From positions 6,752,001-6,816,000 of the forward strand of contig OZ240241.1 in NCBI GenBank assembly GCA_965198115.1: a stretch of DNA of 64,000 nucleotides, in the 5' to 3' direction. Numbering within the stretch: the stretch's first letter is position 1; every line of letters starts with the position of its first letter. Both the position numbers and the translations under genes were made by a program. This DNA is from Candidatus Latescibacterota bacterium. GTDB taxonomy: Bacteria; Latescibacterota; UBA2968. Of the stretch, positions 10,535 to 19,144 are shown one piece after another. The notes beneath the pieces are model-generated. The model searched no databases and was not told where the DNA came from. It worked only from the letters and a program-made list of their open reading frames with translations.

Positions 10535-12159
10535 GTCGCGTTCTGGTCGTGGAAGAGGACGCCTATCAGCTCGAGTTACTGAGTGCATGGTTTCATAAAC
10601 ATTATTACGTAATGTTCTGAACATTATTTGTAGCTTATGTTCTCCTTCAAAAGGAGGAGAACAATGCCAAGACGTTCGCCTTATGTGGTGCTACTGTCTG
10701 AGAAGGAACGGGTCGACCTCGAGCGAATGGCTGGACAATATACGTTACCGTATTATCAAGTGATCCGATCGAAAATCGTGCTTCTCGCCGCCGAGGGATT
10801 ATCCAACAAGATTATCGCCCAACGGTTGGATGTCCCGCGTCCGATCGTAAGCAAATGGCGTAAGCGCTTTTTCGAAGAGCGTCTTTCGGGACTCGAAGAT
10901 AGATCTCGTCCCGGGCGCCCGCCCGGTTTTCCCCCCTCAGGTGGTCGTTCAGATCAAGGCGCTGGCGTGTGAACTACCGAGCGAGAGCGGGATACCGCTC
11001 TCGCGGTTCAGCTGTTCCGAGATTGCCGCCGAGGCAGTGCAAAGGGGCTTCGTTGCCAAGATCAGCGGCGCCACTGTCTGGCGCTGGTTGAACGAGGACG
11101 CGATTCGTCCTTGGTATCATCGCTCCTGGATTTTCCCACGGGACCCGGACTTCCAAACCAAAGCAGGTAGAGTCCTTGATCTGTATCACCGCCAATGGCA
11201 AGGAAAGCCTTTAGGGCCGAGGGAATATGTACTTTCTGCCGACGAAAAGACCAGTATTCAAGCACGAGCTCGCAAGCACGTTACCCTACCGCCAGCCTCG
11301 AACAGAGCGGCACGCGTTGAAACACGAATACGAGCGGAAAGGAGCCCTGGCCTATCTGGCTGCTCTCGACGTGCACAATGGTCGAATCTTCGGTCTCTGT
11401 GAGTCTTCTTCGGGTATCGAGCCCTTCAACCGGCTCCTGAGCCTGATCATGAGCCGGAAACCCTATTGCTCGGCAAAGAAAGTCTACCTCATCGTGGATA
11501 ATGGCTCCTCGCACCGAGGGCAAACATGCATCGACCGTATCCAGGGGAAGTGGCCAAACATCCACCCCGTTCACCTTCCGATCCACGCAAGCTGGCTCAA
11601 TCAGATCGAGATCTACTTCTCGATCCTCAAACGCAAGGCTCTGACACCTATCGAATTTGCATCGCTCGAAGAGCTTGAGGCAAGAATCCTCGGTTTTCAG
11701 GAACGCTACGGACGTATCGCCACACCCTTCAAATGGAAGTTCACACGAACAGATCTCGCGGAGATGATCGACAAACTCAGGTTCTACGATACGCCCTTGG
11801 CAAAGTCTGCTTATAATACGTCACCGTATTTGAGAACAGGAGTACTGAGTTGGGAGTTCGAAGACGAAGGTTACCGCGTTTGGACGGCCACGGATGGCGA
11901 TCAGGCGTTGAGGATGGTGACAAAGTCAGAGCCCGATGTGGTCGTGCTGGGGTATTCGATGCAGACGCAACGCGACGAAGCGCTGGTCGAGCTGGTGAAC
12001 CGGCCCACTCGGCCAGCGGTCGTCGTCCACACGTCTGGAGAGACGGACGAGGAACTGGCTCGGCGCGTGGATGGGTTCGTGACCAAACGGTCCGACCTGA
12101 CGTATCTCAAGGCCGAGGTCAAGTGCGTGATCGCGTGTCGTCATCCGATGACAGCGTGA
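10531..12159 (+). pseudogene. Atypical single-domain receiver interrupted by IS630-B copy 2
   Basis: MSRVLVVEEDAYQLELL plus SWEFEDEGYRV..FVTKRSDL join in frame after IS removal; start overlaps the upstream stop (ATGA). Confidence 0.85.
10583..11845 (+). mobile_element. IS630-family insertion sequence (type B, copy 2)
   Basis: Inverted near-identical copy of 5700-6961; TGA duplicated (10580-10582 and 11846-11848) in CTGAG. Confidence 0.92.
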
Positions 12160-12183
12160 TCCGGAAAAACGAGAAGGTGTTTT

Positions 12184-12214
12184 GGGGTTGTCGTTGCGCG
12201 CGGCAGCCCCTTTT
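12184..12214 (+). terminator. Rho-independent terminator
   Basis: GGGGTTGTCG..CGGCAGCCCC-TTTT after the receiver gene. Confidence 0.65.
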
Positions 12215-12217
12215 CTT

Positions 12218-13273
12218 ATGGACCTTCACCTTCTGGTAAACCGGAACCTGGATGGATTCGTGCTCGAACCCGGTCTGCGTGCTCCCGATTTCGTGCTCCC
12301 TGATCGACGCGGTGTTCCCACGCGGTTCTACGCTCGCGTGGGTGGGCGTCCGGTCCTGCTCCTCTTTGGCCAGACCGATCTGGAATGTGACGGTTGCGAT
12401 CGGGTCGTGGTTGTCGATTCGACGCAATCTGTCGACGATGAGGGTGTTCATTTTCGCGACACGGATGGCGCGGTTGCCCGGCAATACGGCGTCGAGGAAG
12501 GTGGCGCGGCTATTTTGCTGGACGCGAACCTGCGGGTCATTCGGTCTTTCGATTTGACGGAGGGTGAGGTCGAGGAGGCGATTCGGCAGGCGCTTTCGGA
12601 GGAGGGCGATTCCCCGTCGCTCGAAGTTCTTCGCGTCGCTCCAGTGCTGACGGTGCCCCGCGTTCTGGAGCTCTCGCACTGCGATTACCTGATGACGTTG
12701 TGGGAGGAGGGCGGGCACGTCGAGACGGGCGTCGAGTCGTCTGAGGAGGGCGAACGGTCGGATGTTCTGTCAGAGCTCCACAAGCGGCGAGAAGATCATA
12801 CGGTTGTGGATCCAAAGTTGATTCGATTGCTCACGACGACGGTGGGTCGCCGGCTGTTGCCCGAACTGGATCGTGCGTTCGGTGCGAAACCCACGCGGTT
12901 CGAGGGATTCAAAATCGCCTGTTACGATGCTGCATCAGCGGGTTTTTTCGATGCGCATCGCGACAATCTGAGTCCGTCGACGTCGCATCGTCAGTTCGCC
13001 GTGTCGCTCAACTTGAATGACGACTACGTGGGTGGACACCTCGTCTTTCCCGAATATGGGGATCATCGCTACCGACCCGAGGCAGGTGGCGCTCTGGTTT
13101 TCTCCTGCGCGCACCTGCACGCCGTGGCGCCCGTCACCGAGGGTCGACGGTTTACGCTCTTGACGTTCCTCTACGATCGAGAACGGAGCGATCGGACGGA
13201 AACCACGATCGATCCCTTCCAGTCAGCTGTGGCTCGCAGCCAGCCGTCCCCGCCGGCTTCGCCGGAAGCTTGA
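12218..13273 (+). CDS. Redoxin-like domain fused to a 2OG-Fe(II) oxygenase (start uncertain, 12218 or about 12260)
   Basis: G.RAPDF.LPD and VARQYGV..LLDANLRV N-terminal domain; HRD...H.V..V..GRR jelly-roll motifs. Confidence 0.85.
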   Translation: MDLHLLVNRNLDGFVLEPGLRAPDFVLPDRRGVPTRFYARVGGRPVLLLFGQTDLECDGCDRVVVVDSTQSVDDEGVHFRDTDGAVARQYGVEEGGAAILLDANLRVIRSFDLTEGEVEEAIRQALSEEGDSPSLEVLRVAPVLTVPRVLELSHCDYLMTLWEEGGHVETGVESSEEGERSDVLSELHKRREDHTVVDPKLIRLLTTTVGRRLLPELDRAFGAKPTRFEGFKIACYDAASAGFFDAHRDNLSPSTSHRQFAVSLNLNDDYVGGHLVFPEYGDHRYRPEAGGALVFSCAHLHAVAPVTEGRRFTLLTFLYDRERSDRTETTIDPFQSAVARSQPSPPASPEA

Positions 13274-13401
13274 AGGCAGATGGCCCGCGCGGCATCACCG
13301 CCGCCGTGGTGTAGAGCCCTCCATACCCCATCCATCACCGATTTGCCCCGTAACGACCGACGTGTGAACATTCCCTACGAGTAGGCAGGCGGGGGAGATC
13401 T

Positions 13402-14850
13402 TCATCCTTCGAGCAGGCGCTCGATCGCCGTGGCCACGCGTTCGATGAGTGTCTCCAGGCACCCTGGCGCGAGACTCGAGGGCTCCTCCTGATAGAGTCC
13501 CTTTCCGTATCTGTCGCGGGGGAGGAGATACGCGATCGGTGTGTCGCCTGCGATCGGCGTGAGGAGAATCGGCCGACCCGGAAACCGCGCTCGAAGCGAC
13601 GTTTGCATCGCACTATACGGTTCGCCACCGCACGTGACCCACACGGCATCGCCGAATCGCCAGATCGTGCACGCCAGCGGGTAGGAGCCCGTCCCTGGCA
13701 AGTGTTCCACTCTTCCGAGCCACCGACGGCACCGTTCGGCGCGGGCTCCGAGGTCACGGGCTGACAGGACATCACCCACTTCGTCCGCCTTCTGTTGGTC
13801 GTTCGTGTATCGTTCCAGATCCGTTCGAAGCGTTTCGGCCGTAGGCAGGTCGATGAGGGGCAGGTCAACGCTGAAGGCGCACGCGTTGAAGGCCGATGCA
13901 GTCCGTCGGTGGTCAGCGTCCATTTCACGATGACGCCAGACGCCGAGGGTTGCGCCCGACACGACGGGACCCTCGTAGACGAAGTCGGTTTCGGGGGGGC
14001 CCAGGGAGGACAGGGCCGAGAGGGCTGCGTAGCCGAGCTGGCGACCGTTTCGATCGGCCGTGGCCAGTTCGCCGGTGAAACCATCCCTCGGGCCGAGGTC
14101 GCCGCACGCGCCCTGGAGGTAGAGGCAGGGACACGTCGTGGCGTCTTCCACGACCTGCCGCGCAGCTCCGACGAAGTCTGGGGAGAGAGAGGTGTTGTCC
14201 CACGAGAGCGTGGTGGGGTGGCAGGCGTAGTGAACGAGTGTGAGCCGTTTCTTACCAGCGGGGTCGACCACCCGGGCGGTGGCAACGGTGTCGTCTGCGT
14301 CTGCGTCCGGGTTATACCCCGTCGCGTAGATGTCGCGCTGGGTGTCGAAATAGTCGCGATTGCCTGCCAGGCTGCATCGACCCTGGGCATACGTGATCGT
14401 GCAAGCGTCGAGACTCTCGATGGCCTCGGTAAGGGCGTCTCCGAGTGTCCGGGAGAGGTCGCGGAGATAGGGTGCGATCATTTCGCCGCCGGGCAGCGCT
14501 TGTCGACCGGGGTTGAACACGCCTGAAGCGTGGGAGTGGGAGTAGGTGATGACGACGTGGTCGATCGGCACACTCGCCCGGTCGGCGAGTGCCGACCGCA
14601 CGGGATCCTGCTGCGGGTTGGTGAGGCCGACGAGGTCGAGCAGCACGCGGACGAGACGTTGAGCCGGGTCTTTACCCGCAGGCTCGAAGACGAGGATGTC
14701 GGCCAGAATGGGGCGATGGACGCCGGACGCACGGTCGTGCCTGGCCGCCCCCCACATGCGGTGGTAAATGCCCACGGGTGGGGTGATGTCCCGTCTCGCG
14801 TGGCCGAGACGGATCAAACTGGTCGGTGTGGGTTCGTGGGTGGTCGACAC
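13402..14850 (-). CDS. Neutral/alkaline ceramidase-like amidohydrolase
   Basis: RRDITPP, SHSHA, YACHPT, LQGACGD and GEPY motifs. Confidence 0.7.
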   Translation of the reverse strand: MSTTHEPTPTSLIRLGHARRDITPPVGIYHRMWGAARHDRASGVHRPILADILVFEPAGKDPAQRLVRVLLDLVGLTNPQQDPVRSALADRASVPIDHVVITYSHSHASGVFNPGRQALPGGEMIAPYLRDLSRTLGDALTEAIESLDACTITYAQGRCSLAGNRDYFDTQRDIYATGYNPDADADDTVATARVVDPAGKKRLTLVHYACHPTTLSWDNTSLSPDFVGAARQVVEDATTCPCLYLQGACGDLGPRDGFTGELATADRNGRQLGYAALSALSSLGPPETDFVYEGPVVSGATLGVWRHREMDADHRRTASAFNACAFSVDLPLIDLPTAETLRTDLERYTNDQQKADEVGDVLSARDLGARAERCRRWLGRVEHLPGTGSYPLACTIWRFGDAVWVTCGGEPYSAMQTSLRARFPGRPILLTPIAGDTPIAYLLPRDRYGKGLYQEEPSSLAPGCLETLIERVATAIERLLEG

Positions 14851-15082
14851 GCGGCCCTCAGGCGAAAAGGAGCTATGGTACCGCAAGGACGACTCGCGGC
14901 AAGCGATTTCTCCCACAACGAGCTCCGTCAGTGACACGTCGATCGCCGATTGGTTTCGGCGTCCTTCGCAGGGGCCCGTGTAGGGGGTGGCTCATTTCAG
15001 TGTGTGCTGTATCACAAGTGGCGCAACAAAACGTGATATCCCTGTCATCAGGACGTTTTCGTCACATGATGAATTTTCAGTT

Positions 15083-15095
15083 TAACTTGTTGATA
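15083..15095 (-). promoter_or_regulatory. IHF binding site
   Basis: TATCAACAAGTTA exactly matches WATCAANNNNTTR, about 40 bp upstream of the sigma54 promoter. Confidence 0.7.
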
Positions 15096-15135
15096 ATTCA
15101 ATGTTTATGGAGAAATGAAGGATCTGTTCGGTCCG

Positions 15136-15151
15136 TGGCACACGCCTTGCA
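15136..15151 (+). promoter_or_regulatory. sigma54 -24/-12 promoter upstream of the sigma-factor gene
   Basis: TGGCACACGCCTTGCA: near-consensus TGGCAC-N5-TTGCA. Confidence 0.85.
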
Positions 15152-16031
15152 ATTATAATTATCGTGGTCAACGGAGGAGGGAGAGACCGTCCCCGGTCGC
15201 CCCGCCCGCCTCCGGTCAACTGGTCAGGATGGAGGAGGTTACGGACATGGCGGGAGTGAAGAATACGGACAGCGCGTTGCTGGATCTCTATTTCCAGGAT
15301 ATCTCCGACTCGAGTCCTTTGCCGGCGGACACGGAAACAGAGCTGGCGAAGCGGATTCGTGTGGGTGATGGGTCCGCGAGAAACACCCTGGTTCAGGCGA
15401 ATCTCAGGTTCGTGGTCCGCGTGGCCAGCGAATTCCAGGGATGCGGCATGGATCTGGAAGATCTGATCAGCGCAGGCAACGTCGGTCTCATCAAGGCGGC
15501 CGAGCGATTCGATCCCGACCGTGGCGTGAAGTTCATCACCTACGCACTCTGGTGGATTCGGCAGGCCATTCTGAATTCTCTGTCACAAGACAGCCAGACC
15601 GTTCGCTTACCGGCGAACCGCGTGAAGCTACTGAACAGCATCGTCCAGCTCAGCCGCCAACTGCGGCAGGCGAACGGGGAGGAACCGGGCGAGGAAACGC
15701 TCGCGGATGTCCTCGGGGTGCCAGTCAAACGTGTGCGAGAGATGATGATGTGGTCGCGGGATATCGCTTCTCTCGACCAGACGAACGGGACAGAGGAAGA
15801 TTACCAACCGCTGCAGGTGATTCCGGACGAAACGCTCGACGCTCCCGATGCGGTCGTGAGCGACGCGTCGGATCAAGCTCAGCTGCAGGAGGCCCTCGCC
15901 TCGCTGGAAGAACGGAGGCGGAAGTTCTGCGGCAGCACTACGGGTTGAACAACGACGAGCCGAAGACACTCGAGGCGATCGGGAAGGATGTGGGTCTGAC
16001 GAAGGAACGAATTCGACAGATCAAAGAAAAA

Positions 16032-17458
16032 GGCTCTATCCGGGTTTCTCAACGGTGAAACTATAGAATGACAAGGTCATAGATCGTTCCCTACGCTTGG
16101 TTGTGTGTGTAGGACAATCAAAGCGAAGGGGGTGCGACCTATGACCGGGAGCAGATTACTATCGAAACTGCTGAGATTCAAGGGGTTCCGTGTTGTCAGC
16201 TGGTGGTTTGAGGGGAGAAGCTGCTTCGTCATCGCCGTAAAGCCACATAAGAATGGTTGTTGTTGTCCGGAGTGCGGCCGTCGAGGTAAAATCGTCCGCA
16301 CAATGCCCCATCCGCGTCGGTGGCGTGACATTCCGGTGTGCGGGTGGAGGGTCTGGCTTCTCTACCATCCTCGGGAGATTCGGTGTCCTACCCACGGTCG
16401 TGTGGTCGAGGAGATTCCGTGGGCGGAGCGGTTCTCTCGGGTGACGTATCGCTTCGAGTATGCCATGCTGCGCTACTGCCAGACCATGACGCAGAAGGCG
16501 GCGTCCGAGTTGCTGCGCATCTCTGCCTCGACGCTGTCGGATCTCCTTCACCGATCCATCACGCGGCTTCGTGAAGGTCATCGTATCCGAGGGCTCAAAA
16601 CCATCGGGATCGACGAGATCTCCTACGCCAAGCGTCACAGGTACGCCACGCTCGTTTACGATCTGGACCGCTCCTGCGTGGTGTGGGTTGGCCGCGGCAG
16701 GGCGCGTAAAACGATCGATCGGTTCTTCACAGAGGCTCTCAGTCCCTACCGGAGATCCAAGATCGAGTGGGCCTGCTGCGACATGAGCGAAGCTTGAAGC
16801 TTACATCGGAGCCATCCAGGAACACTGTCCGAATGCCAAGCTGGTCCTCGATCGCTTTCACATCGTCAAGGCTCTCAATGCCGCCGTTGACGAGGTCCGT
16901 AAGGACCAGTGGCGTAAAGCTGCCCCGGATGAGCGCAAAGCCATGAAGGGCCTCCGATGGCTCCTCTACCGGCACTCAGCGACACGCTCCAGAGGGGATA
17001 CTCGGACACTCAAAGCACTGGAGAAGGCGAACTACCGAATCTATAGAGCCTGGAGACTCAAGGACGAGTTCGAGCAGTTCTGGGAATACAAAGCGCCCTG
17101 GGCTGCCGAACGCTTCCTGAAATGCTGGACGACGTCCGCACTCAGAAGTCGACGTGAACCCCTGCGAAAGTTCGTCAGGACCCTGCGACAGCACTTCTTC
17201 GGCGTCCTCGCATTCGTGAACACGCGTCTTACCAACGCCATCGCCGAAGGCCTCAACCGAATCGTCCAAATCGTCAAGAACCGAGCCAGCGGATTCCGCA
17301 CACTCGACGCATTCAACGATATGATCTTCCTTACCGTCGGAGACATAAACATCCCTGAGCAGATTCCGAAGAGGTTCCGCACACTCTAACCGCGCCCCCA
17401 TGCCAGGAACCACGGCACCTTCACCCACTTCAGCTCGTTGAGAGATCCGGATATAGCC
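16032..17458 (+). mobile_element. ISL3-family insertion sequence
   Basis: IRs GGCTCTATCCGGGTTTCTCAACG / CGTTGAGAGATCCGGATATAGCC; 8-bp TSD AAGAAAAA at 16024-16031 and 17459-17466. Confidence 0.95.
16141..17389 (+). pseudogene. ISL3 transposase disrupted by a 7-bp tandem duplication
   Basis: CPECG zinc finger, IGIDE, CDM, DRFH, TNAIAEGLN; GAAGCTT is doubled at 16789-16802. Confidence 0.9.
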
Positions 17459-17555
17459 AAGAAAAAGCGCTTCGGAAACTGCGGCACCCCAGGCATCGGG
17501 CCTGGTTGGATCCCTTGAGAGAGTCTATTTGCTGAATAGACAGCATCGATTGCTT

Positions 17556-17596
17556 GGGAGGGCGGCACCTTGGTTGAGGGGCCGCCCTCTCTCTTT
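17556..17596. terminator. Terminator hairpin between the convergent sigma-factor and htrA genes
   Basis: GGGAGGGCGGC..GCCGCCCTCTC stem with a T-rich tail. Confidence 0.65.
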
Positions 17597-17607
17597 GGGA
17601 GAAGGTG

Positions 17608-19011
17608 TTACTGGGTGGTTTCGAACGGGAGGTAGAAGAGATGTCCGTTTCGCTCGACCTGAGCGACGACGGGCTCCAGTGGGCGGAGTCGACCGACGAT
17701 GTCTCGCAATTGCCCGAGACCGGTCAGCTCGATTCCGTTGATCTGGTGGATGATGTCACCGGGGATGAAGCCTTCGTTCCAAAAGGGCGCGTCGAGTGCA
17801 CGACCGGCGACGACCACGCCCGAGGGAATCCGCAGGTTCGGGAACATGGTGGCGATGCGGTCGTCGAGGTCGAGGGCGAGGATACCCAACTCGGGGATCA
17901 GGTTCTCGTCCGCACTCACAAAGTCGGTGAAACGCCCGGGGTCGTCGGCCCGGTTGACGACTTCTACGCTGACCTCGAGGGTGTCCGTTCCGCGAAGTAC
18001 GTGGACGAGGACACGTTCGCCCACGGGCTTTTGGTAGAGGTTCACGGTGAGCTGTCGACCGTTTTCCATGGGTTTGGCACCCAGAGCCAGGACGATGTCG
18101 CCCACTTTGAGGCCGGATTGCTCGGCCGTGCTGTTGGGATACACGTCGCCCAGAATCGTTCCGGTCGTGATGGGCAAGTCGAGGGCCTTGGCAAGGAGGG
18201 GGTCGATAGTCTGGGCGTAGATGCCGATTTCGCCGCGGATGACACGACCTTTGTCGCGAATCTGTTCGAACACGGTGCGGACGATGTTGCTGGGGGCCGC
18301 GAACCCGATGCCTTCGCTGCCACCGGACTGGCTGAGGATGAGGGTGTTGATTCCGATCACTCGACCCTGGACGTCGACGAGCGGACCTCCGCTGTTGCCC
18401 GGGTTGATGGGCGCGTCGGTCTGGATGTAGATCATGGGGCTTTCGGGCTCGAGCTGCCGGGCAACGGAGCTGATGACGCCCATGGTGACGGAGTTGTTGA
18501 GGCCGAGGGGACTCCCGAACGCAAACACGAGTTGGCCCTGGCTCAGTCGATCTGAATCGGCCAGTTCGAGTTCGGGCAGGTTCTGCGCGTGGATTTTGAG
18601 GAGCGCGAGGTCCGTTTCCAGGTCGATGTTGACGACCTGGGCGCCCATCAGACGTCCTCCTGTCTTCAGGATCGAGCTCTGTTCGGATAGCTGATTGGCT
18701 GAGGGTGGAAGAACGATCTGAACGCGCTGGCTGCCTTCGACGACGTGGGCGTTGGTGATGATGTAGCCGTCGGCATCGAGGATCACGCCCGACCCGGTGT
18801 TCCGTTGCTGGGCGAGCAGGTCACCCGTGCTGCGGACGATTCCGGAACTCGGTCGATAGCCGGACACCAAAATCTGTACGATGGACGGGCCGACGCGTGT
18901 GGCGAGCGTTTCGAGAGAGCGGTTGATGCGCTCCAGGTTGGGAAGGGCTTCGGTCTGAGCGACGACAGGATTGGCCGTGGCGAAAAAAGCGGTTAGGAAC
19001 CAGCGCGTCAC
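17608..19011 (-). CDS. htrA: HtrA/DegP-family serine protease with two PDZ domains
   Basis: GSGVI, TNAHVV, DLALL, TDAPINPGNSGGPL; signal-peptide-like N-terminus. Confidence 0.93.
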   Translation of the reverse strand: MTRWFLTAFFATANPVVAQTEALPNLERINRSLETLATRVGPSIVQILVSGYRPSSGIVRSTGDLLAQQRNTGSGVILDADGYIITNAHVVEGSQRVQIVLPPSANQLSEQSSILKTGGRLMGAQVVNIDLETDLALLKIHAQNLPELELADSDRLSQGQLVFAFGSPLGLNNSVTMGVISSVARQLEPESPMIYIQTDAPINPGNSGGPLVDVQGRVIGINTLILSQSGGSEGIGFAAPSNIVRTVFEQIRDKGRVIRGEIGIYAQTIDPLLAKALDLPITTGTILGDVYPNSTAEQSGLKVGDIVLALGAKPMENGRQLTVNLYQKPVGERVLVHVLRGTDTLEVSVEVVNRADDPGRFTDFVSADENLIPELGILALDLDDRIATMFPNLRIPSGVVVAGRALDAPFWNEGFIPGDIIHQINGIELTGLGQLRDIVGRLRPLEPVVAQVERNGHLFYLPFETTQ

Positions 19012-19045
19012 GCATTGATCTCCAGTCGGGTGGCCGTAGGGGAGG

Positions 19046-19074
19046 ACGTTAAAGCTCCTCCCACCGGGTGTCAA
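19046..19074 (-). promoter_or_regulatory. sigma70 promoter candidate for htrA
   Basis: TTGACA-17 nt-TAACGT on the minus strand. Confidence 0.5.
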
Positions 19075-19144
19075 GGCAGGGATATTCGATTTTGGATGAT
19101 GTAAGTAGGCACTTATCTTCATTCGAGTCGCAGTGGACATCATC

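Larger units (their letters stand above)
15247..17535 (+). pseudogene. sigma70-family (RpoD/RpoS-like, no region 1.1) sigma factor interrupted in region 4.2 by ISL3
   Basis: ANLRFVV, DLISAGNVGLIKA, KFITYALWWIRQAI, TLEAIG, LTKERIRQIKEK, then ALRKLRHP..* resumes after the IS; also a 1-bp deletion near 15915. Confidence 0.92.

Noticed and set aside
5700-11845. Composite transposon formed by the inverted IS630-B copies around 6962-10582
   Set aside because: Each copy has its own target duplication and interrupts its own gene, which rejoins cleanly, so these are independent insertions with no inversion.
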